Positions 37,555 to 52,909 of a stretch of 64,000 nucleotides of DNA are shown in pieces. Every line of letters starts with the position of its first letter. The first letter of the stretch is position 1. The DNA is from Nannocystis bainbridge. GTDB lineage: Bacteria > Myxococcota_A > Polyangia > Nannocystales > Nannocystaceae. The notes beneath the pieces are model-generated. The model made no database searches. It was not told the DNA's origin and saw only the letters and a list, made by a program, of their open reading frames with translations. Location: contig NZ_JAQNDL010000004.1 of assembly GCF_028368995.1 (NCBI RefSeq), positions 480,001 to 544,000 of the forward strand, written 5' to 3'. Position numbers and translations under genes: made by a program.

Positions 37555-39023
37555 ACGCGTGGGTGCAGTACTCGCTGATCGTGCTGTGGCTGATGCCGCT
37601 GCTGGCCGCGGCGGCGCTGCGCTGGGGGGTGCGCGGGGCGAGCAAGCAGCGCGCGCTGGCGCTGGGGTTCGCGCTGCCGATCTTCGTGATCGCGTGCGCG
37701 CTGTTCGTCCACGAGGGCACGCGCCACGCGTACGCGGAGGATCACCTCGAGCAGGGTCTGGGCTGGTGGCACAGTCACTTCGCGATCGACGGGCTGAACG
37801 CGGTGCTGCTGCCGCTGACGGCCGGGCTGACGCTGGTGGCGCTGCTGATGACGCCGCGCGCCGACATGCGCGCGGGGCTGGCGGCCAAGATCATGGTGGT
37901 CGAGGGGGCGCTGATGGGCAGCTTCCTCGCGCTCGACGCGGGGGTGCTGTCAGGCTTCGTGGTGCTGTCGCTGCTGCCGCTGTGGTTCGACGCCAGGCAC
38001 CGCGGGTCGCGGCCGCTGCAGGTGATCCTGAAGTCGCTGGTGGTGGCGACGGGGCTGGCGCTGACGGTGGCGATGGTCGGGCTGGCGCTCGAGGCGTCGG
38101 CGGCGGGGGTGCAAAACCCGCTGGACCTGGTGGCGCTGGCCAAGAGCACGTACACGCCGTCGCCGTGGATCGGGACGCTGGTCCTGGCGGTGGCGCTGCT
38201 GCGCATGGGGATCGTGCCGCTGCACCTGTGGTTCCCGGCGACGGCGCAGCACAGCACGCCGCACCTGGCCCTCGTGACATGTTTGACGCCGCTCGGGTCG
38301 TTCATGCTGGCCCGCCTGGCGCTGGCGATCTTCCCGCGGGTGTTCGGACCGGCGGCGCCGCTGCTGATGGCGCTGGGGGTGGTCACTGCGCTGTACGGGG
38401 CGTTCCTGGCGCTGGGACAGTTCGACCTGCGCCGGATCGTGGCGTGGTTCTGGGTCAGCCAGTCCGGGCTGGTGCTGGCAGGCTTCGCAGGGCTCGACGA
38501 CGCGAGCGTGTCCGGGGCGCTGCTGCAGGCGATGTCGACGGTGGTGGAGTGCGGGGGGCTGATGCTGCTGACGCTGGCGGTGGAGGTGCGGGCGAACACG
38601 ACGGACCTGCGCAAGCTCGGGGGGCTGGCCCACAATGCGCCGCGGATGGCGACGGCGTACCTGATCCTGGCAGCCGCGGCGGTGGGGTTCCCGGGGACGA
38701 TCTCGTTCGTGGCGGAGGACCTGGTCGGGCAAGGGCTGCTGCGCGAGCACCCGTTCGTGGTGGGGCTGCTGTTCATCGTGACGGCGGTGAACGGGATCAC
38801 GCTGTGGCGGGCGTTCAAGCGCACGTTCCTGGGGCCGCCGTCGCCGCACGCGGACGATCTGCGCGGGTTCGAGGATCTGCGGCAGTGGGAGACGTATGCG
38901 ATCGCGGGGATGATCGGGACGCTGCTGCTCGGGGGGTTCCTGCCGGAGCCGCTGCTGGCGGTGCGGCGCGGGGTAGTCGATGCGATTGGGCGTATCGAGG
39001 CGCCGGTGGTCGACGGGCATTGA
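37551..39023 (+). CDS. NuoM/MrpD-like second membrane subunit
   Basis: IDGLNAVLL, RMGIVPLHLWFP, LGGLAHNAP, GFPGTISFVAED; ATGA overlap with the dabB stop. Confidence 0.85.
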   Translation: MNAWVQYSLIVLWLMPLLAAAALRWGVRGASKQRALALGFALPIFVIACALFVHEGTRHAYAEDHLEQGLGWWHSHFAIDGLNAVLLPLTAGLTLVALLMTPRADMRAGLAAKIMVVEGALMGSFLALDAGVLSGFVVLSLLPLWFDARHRGSRPLQVILKSLVVATGLALTVAMVGLALEASAAGVQNPLDLVALAKSTYTPSPWIGTLVLAVALLRMGIVPLHLWFPATAQHSTPHLALVTCLTPLGSFMLARLALAIFPRVFGPAAPLLMALGVVTALYGAFLALGQFDLRRIVAWFWVSQSGLVLAGFAGLDDASVSGALLQAMSTVVECGGLMLLTLAVEVRANTTDLRKLGGLAHNAPRMATAYLILAAAAVGFPGTISFVAEDLVGQGLLREHPFVVGLLFIVTAVNGITLWRAFKRTFLGPPSPHADDLRGFEDLRQWETYAIAGMIGTLLLGGFLPEPLLAVRRGVVDAIGRIEAPVVDGH

Positions 39024-39054
39024 GCGGGCTCGCGTTTGCGGGGGGCGGGGGGTT

Positions 39055-39422
39055 CGCGTATTGCCGGATGTGACTCGCAAGGGGTCCGGGGATGACTCGG
39101 CTGCGAGTTCAGCGTCCCGATGACACCTCCTGCGTCGGGGTCATCCTGGCCTCGTATTCGCATCCGAGCCATCCCCGGACCCCGTGCACGACACAGCCGT
39201 GAGAAGCCGACCCTCCGTCGTGGGCTTCGATGTCGGCTGGTCTTCGGGACAGGTCGCTTGCGGCCTGTTCGACGGCCGTTCGGCCGCCGAACAGACCGCT
39301 TTCTGGGGTCCTTTCGGAGGGCCCCCGAGGGCCGGGGGGGCGCGTATTGCCGGATGAGCGGTTCGAGGGGTCCGGGGATGACTCGGCGGCGAGTTCAGCT
39401 TCCCGAGGACCCTCTTGCGTTC
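39055..39422. repeat. two ~85-bp direct repeats plus an inverted partial copy (REP/MITE-like)
   Basis: cgcgtattgccggatg...ggggtccggggatgactcgg..gcgagttcagc at ~39055 and ~39341; ccgagccatccccggacccc at ~39164 is the reverse complement of the core with 1 mismatch. Confidence 0.75.
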
Positions 39423-39480
39423 GGCTCGGTTCGGCTCGGGAGCGGCCTGGTGAGGCGATGAGAGAGGGCTTGATGGAGGA

Positions 39481-39581
39481 TGGCCTTCAAGACATGTCGA
39501 TGAGGACATGTCTCGGGGCGTGATGCGCTGAGGACGATGTGGCCTTCGGGGCATGTTCATGAGGACATGTCTCGGAAGACT
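39481..39581. repeat. two triplets of 14-bp units (59-bp duplication)
   Basis: tggccttcaagaca|tgtcgatgaggaca|tgtctcgg.. and tggccttcggggca|tgttcatgaggaca|tgtctcggaagact. Confidence 0.85.
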
Positions 39582-39596
39582 TGTTGTGACGGCGAG

Positions 39597-42509
39597 TCAG
39601 GCGTCGGGGCGTTTGGCGGCGAGATCGGCGATGAAGGCTTCGATCTCGGCTTCGCAGGCGATCTGCGGCGAGCGGGATGGGTCGAAGGGGGGCAGTTCGG
39701 GCGGGGGCAGGCCGAGGGCGGCGAGTAGGCGAGTGCACAGGCGCAGCTCGTCGAACCAGGCGAACGGGGGGCCGTCGGCCCAGGCTTCGCGGTAGGCTTC
39801 GAGGGCCAGCGGGCGGGCGAGGTCGGGTTCGCCGAGGGCGAGGTGGGCTTCGGCGAGGGGGCGGTCGGCGGCGTCGTGGGCGTCGGCGAGGAACCGGCGG
39901 GCTTCGGCGGGGCGGCCGAGGTGGGCGAGGCAGGTGGCGAGGCGGGCGCGGTAGCCGGCGTGGGTGGCGCCCATGCGGCGCGCGAGCCGGAGGGCCTCGT
40001 TCAGGTGGGGCTCGGCGTCGGCGTAGGCGCCGGCAGCCATGGCGATGCGGGCGAGGAGCGCGTGCAGCTGGGCGGTGTCGAAGACGCGAGGGGTCCGTTC
40101 GAGCTCGCGCCAGGCGGCCGCGAGCCACGGCGCCGGATCGTCGCCGCGGTAGATCGCGAGCTCGATGCGGTTGCGGGTGAGGGTGAGGCGGTCGTTGGTG
40201 TCGAGCTCGCCGTCGTCGATCGCGGCGAGGTCGGCCTCGGCGTCGTGCCATCGTCCGAGCTCGATGGCGAGGCGGGCGCGGTGGCGCAGCGGGAGGGCCT
40301 GCTTGCCGCCGGCAGCGACGGCGAGGCGGTGGGCGAGGTCGAAGGTCCGCAGGGCCGCGTGGGTGTGGTCCTCGGCCTCGATCGAGAGGGCCCAGTTGAC
40401 GAGGCTGACGACCACGGCGTCGGGGTTGCGGCGTCGGAGGTTGATGCGGATGCTGAGCTCGCGCAGGGCCTCGGCGTCGCGGTCGCGCCCGACGAGCGCG
40501 AGCGCGTTGGAGAGGAGGGTGATCGCCACGCTCTGGCCCCAGGGGTCGGACAGCGCGGGCGGCTCGCGCAGGCCGCGGGTGAAGAGGGGGGTCAGCAGCT
40601 CGACGATGGTGGCGAAGGCCGAGAGGCGCTCGTCGAGCGGAGCGCTCAGACGGTCGTAGTACAGCTCGAAGGCGGCGTAGAAGTCGCCGGCGCCGATGAG
40701 CGCGCTGTAGATCTCGATGGTGCGCTGGAGGTCGGCGAGGCTGCGGACGCTGGCCTTGGGCTCGGGTGGGAGCTGCTCGAAGTGATCGCGGATCGCCTCG
40801 AAGGCGGCGGTGCGATCGGGGCCGGCGAGGCGCTCGAAGGCGTGGGCGCGGATGACCGGGTGGAGGTCGTGGCGGTTGCTGCCGCGGTCCCAGTGCAGGA
40901 AGCCGCGGGCCTCGAGCAGGCACAGGTCGGCGTGGACGCCGGCGTAGTGGGCGAGGACGCCGGGCAGGCGAGCGTAGGTGCCGGCGAGCGCGTGATAGAC
41001 GTCCCAGGCGTCTCGGCGGGCGCGGAGCTCGTCGTGGCGGTCCTGCAGATAGGTGAGGGTGCCCGGCGAGGTCTCGTCGGCGAGGGCGCGCTCGAGCTGG
41101 CGCAGCGGCGCGAGGGGCTGCGGAGGCGGGCGTCGCAGGCCGAGCGGGGGCGGATCGGCGAGGGCGAGCACGGTGTCGATGCCGACCGGCGCGCGCAGGG
41201 CGGCGATCCGCGACAGCAGCCGGGCGGCGCGGGCCGGCAAGAGCTCGAAGGCGGTGTCGAGGATGTGCGCGCGCAAGACGGCGGGCGCCTCGTGGGCGCG
41301 GCCGCTGATGGTCGTGGGCCGGGCGTAGTCGTGCATGCAGCCGGCGAGCAGGCGCCACAGCAGGCTGGAGTGGCCGAGCTTCGCCATCGTCTGCGTGGTC
41401 GAGTCGACCCACCACGCTTCGGGGTCGAGCCCGTGCGCGCGCAACAGGCCGGGGATGTCGGCGGGATCGAGGCCCTGGGCCGCGGAGAGCTCGACGCCGG
41501 GGACCAGCGCTTCACCGTCGCGCAGGTCGCTCGGGAAGATCCGCGAGGTCGCCAGCAGCCGCGACGGGCTGGCCTGGACCAGCGCGCGCAGGAACCTGCC
41601 ATCGCGCGGGTCGGTGCAGGCGTGAAGGTCGAGGGCGGCGTCGGCGACATCGTCCGGCAGGCGCGCGGCGTCGAGGCGGTGGTAGGCGACGAGGGCTCGC
41701 TCGAGGCCGTCGAGCACGAGCAGGAACGGGCGCGCCTGCAGGGCGGCGAGGATCCGCTGCTCGAGGGCGGGTCGGTCGGCGCGCAGGGCGTCGAGCGGCG
41801 CCATGCCGGTGGCGTAGATCGCAAGGTGGCGGATCAGGGCGTCGAAGTCGGCGCCGCCCTCGTAGAAGCTCCACCACAGGCAACCAGCCCAGGGCGCGTC
41901 GACGAGCCGCCGCTGCAGCCAGGCCCAGGCGAGGGCGCTCTTGCCGACGCCGCCGAGAGCGACGAGGACCCGCGCCGGCTGGCCATGCGCGAGCCAGAGG
42001 TCGAGCTCCGCGAGGTCGGCGGTGCGGCCGGTGAAGACGCGCGATTGAAAGTAGGGGTGGACGAGGTAGGGGGCCGGTAGCGGCGGCGGAGCGGGGAGAT
42101 GGGCGTCGAGGGCGGTGGTGGTGGCGTCGCCTTTGGCGGCGTCGTCCTCGTCCTCGTCCTCGTCATCGTCCTCGACGTCGTCATTGCCATCGTCATCATC
42201 ATCCTCATCGCCGGCATCCTCATCGACGTCGCCGACGTCATCGACGTCGGCATCCTCGCTGCTCTCTGCAGGCAAACCGAGCAGGCGCAGTTCGGCGTAG
42301 GCGGCGGGGCCGATGTTCGCGCCCTCCGGGAGGCGCAGGTCGGCGGGGCCGGGGTCATTGCCGATGCGGACGACCAGCGCGGTCTCGGCATCCTCGGTCT
42401 CTTCGGATATGTCGCATGGGACATGTCCTGCGCGCCATGCGGCGTCGAAGACGGCGGTATGGGCGGGTTCGGGGGCGAAGACGACGACGCGTCGGGGCGG
42501 CATCGCCAC
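39597..42509 (-). CDS. STAND-class P-loop NTPase with TPR-like C-terminus, acidic linker and degenerate DUF4062-like N-terminus
   Basis: FTGRTADLAEL, Walker A GGVGKS, WWSFYE, Walker B LLVLDGLE, DLHPVIR, helical repeats; D/E run near aa 80-125. Confidence 0.85.
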   Translation of the reverse strand: MAMPPRRVVVFAPEPAHTAVFDAAWRAGHVPCDISEETEDAETALVVRIGNDPGPADLRLPEGANIGPAAYAELRLLGLPAESSEDADVDDVGDVDEDAGDEDDDDDGNDDVEDDDEDEDEDDAAKGDATTTALDAHLPAPPPLPAPYLVHPYFQSRVFTGRTADLAELDLWLAHGQPARVLVALGGVGKSALAWAWLQRRLVDAPWAGCLWWSFYEGGADFDALIRHLAIYATGMAPLDALRADRPALEQRILAALQARPFLLVLDGLERALVAYHRLDAARLPDDVADAALDLHACTDPRDGRFLRALVQASPSRLLATSRIFPSDLRDGEALVPGVELSAAQGLDPADIPGLLRAHGLDPEAWWVDSTTQTMAKLGHSSLLWRLLAGCMHDYARPTTISGRAHEAPAVLRAHILDTAFELLPARAARLLSRIAALRAPVGIDTVLALADPPPLGLRRPPPQPLAPLRQLERALADETSPGTLTYLQDRHDELRARRDAWDVYHALAGTYARLPGVLAHYAGVHADLCLLEARGFLHWDRGSNRHDLHPVIRAHAFERLAGPDRTAAFEAIRDHFEQLPPEPKASVRSLADLQRTIEIYSALIGAGDFYAAFELYYDRLSAPLDERLSAFATIVELLTPLFTRGLREPPALSDPWGQSVAITLLSNALALVGRDRDAEALRELSIRINLRRRNPDAVVVSLVNWALSIEAEDHTHAALRTFDLAHRLAVAAGGKQALPLRHRARLAIELGRWHDAEADLAAIDDGELDTNDRLTLTRNRIELAIYRGDDPAPWLAAAWRELERTPRVFDTAQLHALLARIAMAAGAYADAEPHLNEALRLARRMGATHAGYRARLATCLAHLGRPAEARRFLADAHDAADRPLAEAHLALGEPDLARPLALEAYREAWADGPPFAWFDELRLCTRLLAALGLPPPELPPFDPSRSPQIACEAEIEAFIADLAAKRPDA

Positions 42510-42559
42510 GCATGATCGTCGATGCCGTGGTGGGTGGGAAGCAGGTCGCCCCGGAGGTC

Positions 42560-42893
42560 GTCCTTCGGTCCGCTGGGCGGCACGGACTGCTTCCTGATCG
42601 GGCGTCCGGGGTCGCCGGCGGGGACGCTGGAAGACGTCGAGGCGTTCCTCGCCGGCTGCTGCGTCCCTTGTCGGCTACCGGCGGACGACACGGCCGATGG
42701 CCCCGGGGCGTTCCCGCGCTGGCTGAGTGAACGGCGAGGTGCCCTGTGCCCCGGGTGGCCTGGGCGCGCTGCTGTCGCGCCTGACGTCGCAGCCGATCGC
42801 GGCGCTGTGGGACGAGCTCGAGCTGTTAGCGAGGCGCAGCTCGGCGTGGCGCGCGGTCGTACCCGCTGCAGCTCATGCGCTGCGGCTACGTGA
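42560..42893 (+). pseudogene. possible frameshifted remnant of a small hypothetical protein
   Basis: LIGRPGSPAGTLEDVEAFLAG...FPRWLSERRG..W in one frame, continuing as LLSRL..IAALWDELELL in another. Confidence 0.3.
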
Positions 42894-42919
42894 CCGCGGG
42901 CACGGCGAAGCGGTCTGGA

Positions 42920-43003
42920 TGACCGCAGGCACATGTTTTAATGGACATGTTCCAGAGGACATGTCCTCGGCGGCATGTCGCGCGGGACATGCCGCTCAGG
43001 ACA
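42920..43003. repeat. array of 6 14-bp units
   Basis: tgaccgcaggcaca|tgttttaatggaca|tgttccagaggaca|tgtcctcggcggca|tgtcgcgcgggaca|tgccgctcaggaca. Confidence 0.9.
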
Positions 43004-43006
43004 GGC

Positions 43007-47250
<4,244 letters not shown>

Positions 47251-47613
47251 GGGGACGATACGGCAGTTGCCCGCGAGCGGCACGTGATCTGCGCGAGAAA
47301 AAGCCTGTGCGCTAGTGTTTCTGCGCAACGAACGGCAAGGCCGAGGTCCCTGGACCCCGACTTCGGCGCGATTCGCCCCTGAGGGCACAAAATCGCGCAG
47401 AACGCCGTTTATTGTGCGTTTCGTCCGCTCATGGTCCGCCCGCGAGGGGTTGGATCGCCGCCTCGGGGATCGGAGCATTTCCCGTTGCAATTCGGCACTT
47501 CGCCGGCGCGTGCCCCAGCCGCGCCCGGCCCTGAGCGACGCGACGCGAACGCCTCGCCCGGCACTACGCCGGTCGAGGCTCGCGCCACCGGACTCGTACC
47601 CCGCAGGACCCCC

Positions 47614-49164
<1,551 letters not shown>

Positions 49165-49174
49165 GCGGCACGGC

Positions 49175-49258
49175 TGTACCTCGGGACATGTCCCTGGCGG
49201 CATGTCCCGAGCGACATGGGCTCGAGGGCATGTCGCTTGGAGCATGTCCTCGAGGACA
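49175..49258. repeat. array of 6 14-bp units
   Basis: tgtacctcgggaca|tgtccctggcggca|tgtcccgagcgaca|tgggctcgagggca|tgtcgcttggagca|tgtcctcgaggaca. Confidence 0.9.
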
Positions 49259-49303
49259 GGACACGGCCCGAGCGCCGCGGACCAGGCGCGGCTGTCCAGG
49301 GCC

Positions 49304-51079
49304 TCAGGCGCGGGGGTTGACGAGGGCGCTGGCGAGGGCGTCGCCGAGGGCCTCGATGTGCTCGCCGGCCAGCGCCGGGACCAGGGTCGCCGGGGCGGCG
49401 GAGAAGATGACGCTGGCGCCGCGGGCGACCAGGCCGCGGGCGGCTTCCTGGACGGTCTCGGCGGTGGTCGGCTCGACGCCGGTGACGCCGGTGAAGTCGA
49501 CGATCAGCGTGCGTGGGCCGGGGGGCACGTCGGCGGTGGCCTCGAGCAGCTGCTGGGCGCGGGCGTCGTCGAGCGCGCCGGTCACCGGGATGACCGCGAG
49601 CTCGTCGATGATCGCCAGCACCGGCACGGCGCGGCGGGCCAGCAGGCCGCCCTGGCGCTCGAGCAGGACGTCGCGGCCCTCGAGCCGGTGGCGCTCGGCG
49701 CGGGCGTCCTCCGAGGTGTCGAGCAGGACGCCGACGGCCTTGCCGGCGACGCCCGCGAGCGGGGCGGCGAACACGGCCAGGGCCGGCTCGCCGACAAGGT
49801 CGCGGCGCAACTCGGCGCCGGCGCCGAGAGCCTCGGCGAGGGCGGCGGCGACCGGGAGGTGGGCGCCACCGGTCAGGCCGAGGGCGGTCCAGCGCGCATT
49901 GCCCTGCAGATCCTCGCCGGCGCCGATCACCGCCGCGACGGGCACGGCCTCGAGATCGTGGGGAGCAGCGGCGGCGGCCTCGGCGAGCAGCGCCCGGCCG
50001 GCCAGGCTGACCGCGGCGGGGCCCGCCAGCGCGACGTAGAGGCGGCGCAGGGCGGTCGGCAGCGGGCGCGGCGACGACCAGCCGAGCTCGAGCAGGGCGA
50101 CCTCACGCCCGCCCCAGGCCAGCGGCAGCAGCAGGGTGGCGCCGTGGGTGGCGCCGTCGGGACCCGTGGGCTCGGCCTGGCGGGGGGTCGGCGCGCCGGG
50201 CTCGATCTCGGACGGGGTGTCCGATCGGACCTGTTCGAACAGCCATGGCTCGTTGGGCCTGGCGAACAGGCCAGCCAGGTCGGCGAGCGGGCGCGTGGCC
50301 GGACCGGGGCCGGCGCGCAGCACCAGGTGGGTCGGGTCGGCGGGGTCGCGCAGCCACAGCGCGGCGGTCGAGGCGTCGATCGCCTGGGCCGGCTCGGCCA
50401 GCGCGGCCAGCGTCTCCTCGAGGTCAGCGGACTCGGTCAGCGCCAGCGCGGCCACGTACATCGTGTTGGCTTCGTCGATGGCGCGCTGGTGGTCGCGCAG
50501 GGCGTCGCGGGCGACCAGCAGCGAGGCGACGGCGGCGCCGAGCATGTCGTAGACGAGCCGCTCGCGCGGGCTCGGGATGTGGACGATCCGCCACGACAGC
50601 ACCAGCACACCGGGCCAGCGCGCCTCGGGGCCGCCGGTGGTGAGCGGCAGGACGACCAGGGCCTGGGCGCTGCGCTCGCTCGGGTGCGCGGCGGGGCGCG
50701 GGTCGGCCGAGAGGTCGTGCACCACCAGCGCTTGCCGCGGCGCCGCCAGCCAGCGCGCCAGCACCGGGTGGTCGGCGAGCGCGAACGGCCGCCCGAGCAG
50801 CGGGTCGGTGGCCGGGCAGATGCCGGCCTGCCACACGCTCGAGAGCTCGGCGTGGGTCGGCACGCTGGCGTCGGTCTGGGCCGGGCGCGGGCCGCTGCGG
50901 TCGATGAAGCGCGGGTCGTGCGAGCCGAGGTCGCCGGGGTCGTCGCGCAAAGTGTAGAGGCGGATCAGCGACGGGCCGTAGCTGCCGACCGCCGAGGCGA
51001 CGGCGCGCAGGACGGCGTCGTCGGTGTCGGCTTCGACGAGGGCGAGCAGGGCCCGGGCGAAGGTCGTGGCCAGTTCCAC
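49304..51079 (-). CDS. multi-GAF-like + STAS domain protein (RsbR-like)
   Basis: Two GAF-like segments (ALVVLPL...GVLVLSW; TLLLPL...LELGW) and C-terminal STAS (VPVLAI..LAVIPVTGALD..LIVDFTGV). Start uncertain, up to 51127. Confidence 0.75.
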   Translation of the reverse strand: MELATTFARALLALVEADTDDAVLRAVASAVGSYGPSLIRLYTLRDDPGDLGSHDPRFIDRSGPRPAQTDASVPTHAELSSVWQAGICPATDPLLGRPFALADHPVLARWLAAPRQALVVHDLSADPRPAAHPSERSAQALVVLPLTTGGPEARWPGVLVLSWRIVHIPSPRERLVYDMLGAAVASLLVARDALRDHQRAIDEANTMYVAALALTESADLEETLAALAEPAQAIDASTAALWLRDPADPTHLVLRAGPGPATRPLADLAGLFARPNEPWLFEQVRSDTPSEIEPGAPTPRQAEPTGPDGATHGATLLLPLAWGGREVALLELGWSSPRPLPTALRRLYVALAGPAAVSLAGRALLAEAAAAAPHDLEAVPVAAVIGAGEDLQGNARWTALGLTGGAHLPVAAALAEALGAGAELRRDLVGEPALAVFAAPLAGVAGKAVGVLLDTSEDARAERHRLEGRDVLLERQGGLLARRAVPVLAIIDELAVIPVTGALDDARAQQLLEATADVPPGPRTLIVDFTGVTGVEPTTAETVQEAARGLVARGASVIFSAAPATLVPALAGEHIEALGDALASALVNPRA

Positions 51080-51216
51080 GCCCTGAGGGCCGTGGAAACC
51101 TGCTTCGGCGCGCGGGTCTGGGATCATGAGAGCCGCTAGAGACGATGAGCCGAGCGGCGGCCGAGCACAAGCGCTTTCTGTGGCGCGACCCTCTGCACCC
51201 GCGCTATAGCGCCGGC

Positions 51217-52281
51217 ATGCGCGAATGGGTGCTGTACGGCGCCAATGGTTACACCGGCGAGCTCATCGCCCGTCAGGCGGCCTCCGAGGGTCTGCGCCCG
51301 ATCCTGGCCGGCCGCGACGCGCCGGCGATCCGCCGGCTGGCCGGCGAACTCGGGCTCGAAGCGCGGGTGTTCGCCCTCGACGATCCGGAGGCCCTGCGCC
51401 GCGGGCTCGCAGGCGCCGCCCTGGTGCTGCACGCCGCCGGGCCGTTCTCGCGGACCAGCGCGCCGATGGTCGCGGCCTGCCTCGAGAGCGAAGTCCATTA
51501 CCTCGACATCACCGGTGAGATCCCCGTGTTCGAGGCCTGCAGGGCCCAGGACGCCCGCGCGCGCGAGCGCGGCGTGGTCCTGATGCCCGGCGTCGGCTTC
51601 GACGTGGTGCCCTCGGACTGCCTGGCCAAGGCGCTGGCCGAGGCCCTGCCGGAGGCGACGCGGCTCGAGCTGGCGATCCTGGCGCTCGGCGAGCTCAGCC
51701 GTGGCACCACCAAGACGATGATCGAGCACCTCGGCGCCGGCGGGGTGGTGCGCGAGGGCGGCCGCCTGGTCCCGATCGCCCCGGGCTCGCGCACCCGCAC
51801 CGTCCGCCTCGGCGGGCGCGAGCGCCTGGTGGTGGCGGTGCCGTGGGGCGATCTGGCGACCGCGTACGCGTCGACGGGGATCGAGAACATCACCACGTGG
51901 ATGAGCTTCCCGAAGGCGCAGATCCGCGGCATGCGGGCGCTCCGGCTGCTGGCGCCGCTGCTGCGCCTCCGGCCGGTGATCAAGGTGCTGCAGGCGCTGG
52001 TCGACCGCCGGGTCACCGGACCCGACGAGCAGGTCCGCGAGGCCGGCTCGAGCGAGATCTGGGGCCGCGTCGAGGCGCCCGACGGCCGGGCCGTGGAGGG
52101 CCGGGTGCGCACGCCCGAGGGCTACAAGTTCACGGTGATCGCGTCGCTGGCGAGCGTCCGTCGCATGCTCGAGGCGGCGCCGGCCGCCGGCTACCAGACG
52201 CCGGCGACGGCGTTCGGCAGCGGCTTCGTCGCCACGCTGCCGGGCTGCTCGCTGACGGTGCCCGAGACGGCTGGCGCTTAG
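51217..52281 (+). CDS. saccharopine dehydrogenase-like NAD(P)-binding oxidoreductase
   Basis: VLYGANGYTG, LAGR, HAAGPF, HYLDITGE, GFDVVPSD, GYQTPA. Confidence 0.92.
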   Translation: MREWVLYGANGYTGELIARQAASEGLRPILAGRDAPAIRRLAGELGLEARVFALDDPEALRRGLAGAALVLHAAGPFSRTSAPMVAACLESEVHYLDITGEIPVFEACRAQDARARERGVVLMPGVGFDVVPSDCLAKALAEALPEATRLELAILALGELSRGTTKTMIEHLGAGGVVREGGRLVPIAPGSRTRTVRLGGRERLVVAVPWGDLATAYASTGIENITTWMSFPKAQIRGMRALRLLAPLLRLRPVIKVLQALVDRRVTGPDEQVREAGSSEIWGRVEAPDGRAVEGRVRTPEGYKFTVIASLASVRRMLEAAPAAGYQTPATAFGSGFVATLPGCSLTVPETAGA

Positions 52282-52340
52282 GGCATGTTTGAACGGGCAT
52301 GTCCGAGCGGCCATGTCCGTTCGGGCATGTCCGAGCGCGG
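52272..52340. repeat. array of ~5 14-bp units spanning the stop codon
   Basis: tggcgcttagggca|tgtttgaacgggca|tgtccgagcggcca|tgtccgttcgggca|tgtccgagcg. Confidence 0.8.
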
Positions 52341-52344
52341 TGGG

Positions 52345-52863
52345 TCACTGGTTCAGGTGCAGTGGAAACTCGCAGTCGTCGCACGGCTCGACGAGCTCGT
52401 AGGTGTATTCGCGGACCACGGTGCAGCCCTTGCCGGCCCAGGCGCAGCTGCCGTCGTCCTGCCAGTCGCTCGTGATCCGGCTGCGCACCGTCTCGCCGTC
52501 GACGGGCTCGACCTCGATGCGCTCGGTCCCCCGGCAACCGCTTGGCTGCCCCTCGTGGGCGTACTCGCCGGTCTGCGCGTCGCGGGCGACGTGCTCGAAG
52601 ACATAGCCGGTCAGGGCCACGCACGCCTCGCAGGAGGCGGAGATGCCGAGAAATTCGGTGTAGGGCACCTTGAACCCGTCTCTCTCGACGTGGACGACCT
52701 CTTCCCCGACGAAGCTGTCGTCGAGCTTCGGGTGGCAGTCGTTCTCGAGGGTGACGGCGGAGATCCGGTAGACCCCGGACGGCGGTGACGCTTCGGGCTC
52801 GGGGCCGCAACCGGGAGAGCCGACCAGGACAGCCGCGAGCGCGAGGGCAGGGCGAGCGAACAT
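52345..52863 (-). CDS. hypothetical Cys-containing lipoprotein
   Basis: Signal MFARPALALAAVLVGSPGC; several Cys pairs. Confidence 0.6.
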   Translation of the reverse strand: MFARPALALAAVLVGSPGCGPEPEASPPSGVYRISAVTLENDCHPKLDDSFVGEEVVHVERDGFKVPYTEFLGISASCEACVALTGYVFEHVARDAQTGEYAHEGQPSGCRGTERIEVEPVDGETVRSRITSDWQDDGSCAWAGKGCTVVREYTYELVEPCDDCEFPLHLNQ

Positions 52864-52909
52864 GGTGGCGAGGCTAGCGCGGCGACCCAGGTGGTGCACG
52901 TCGGGGCCG

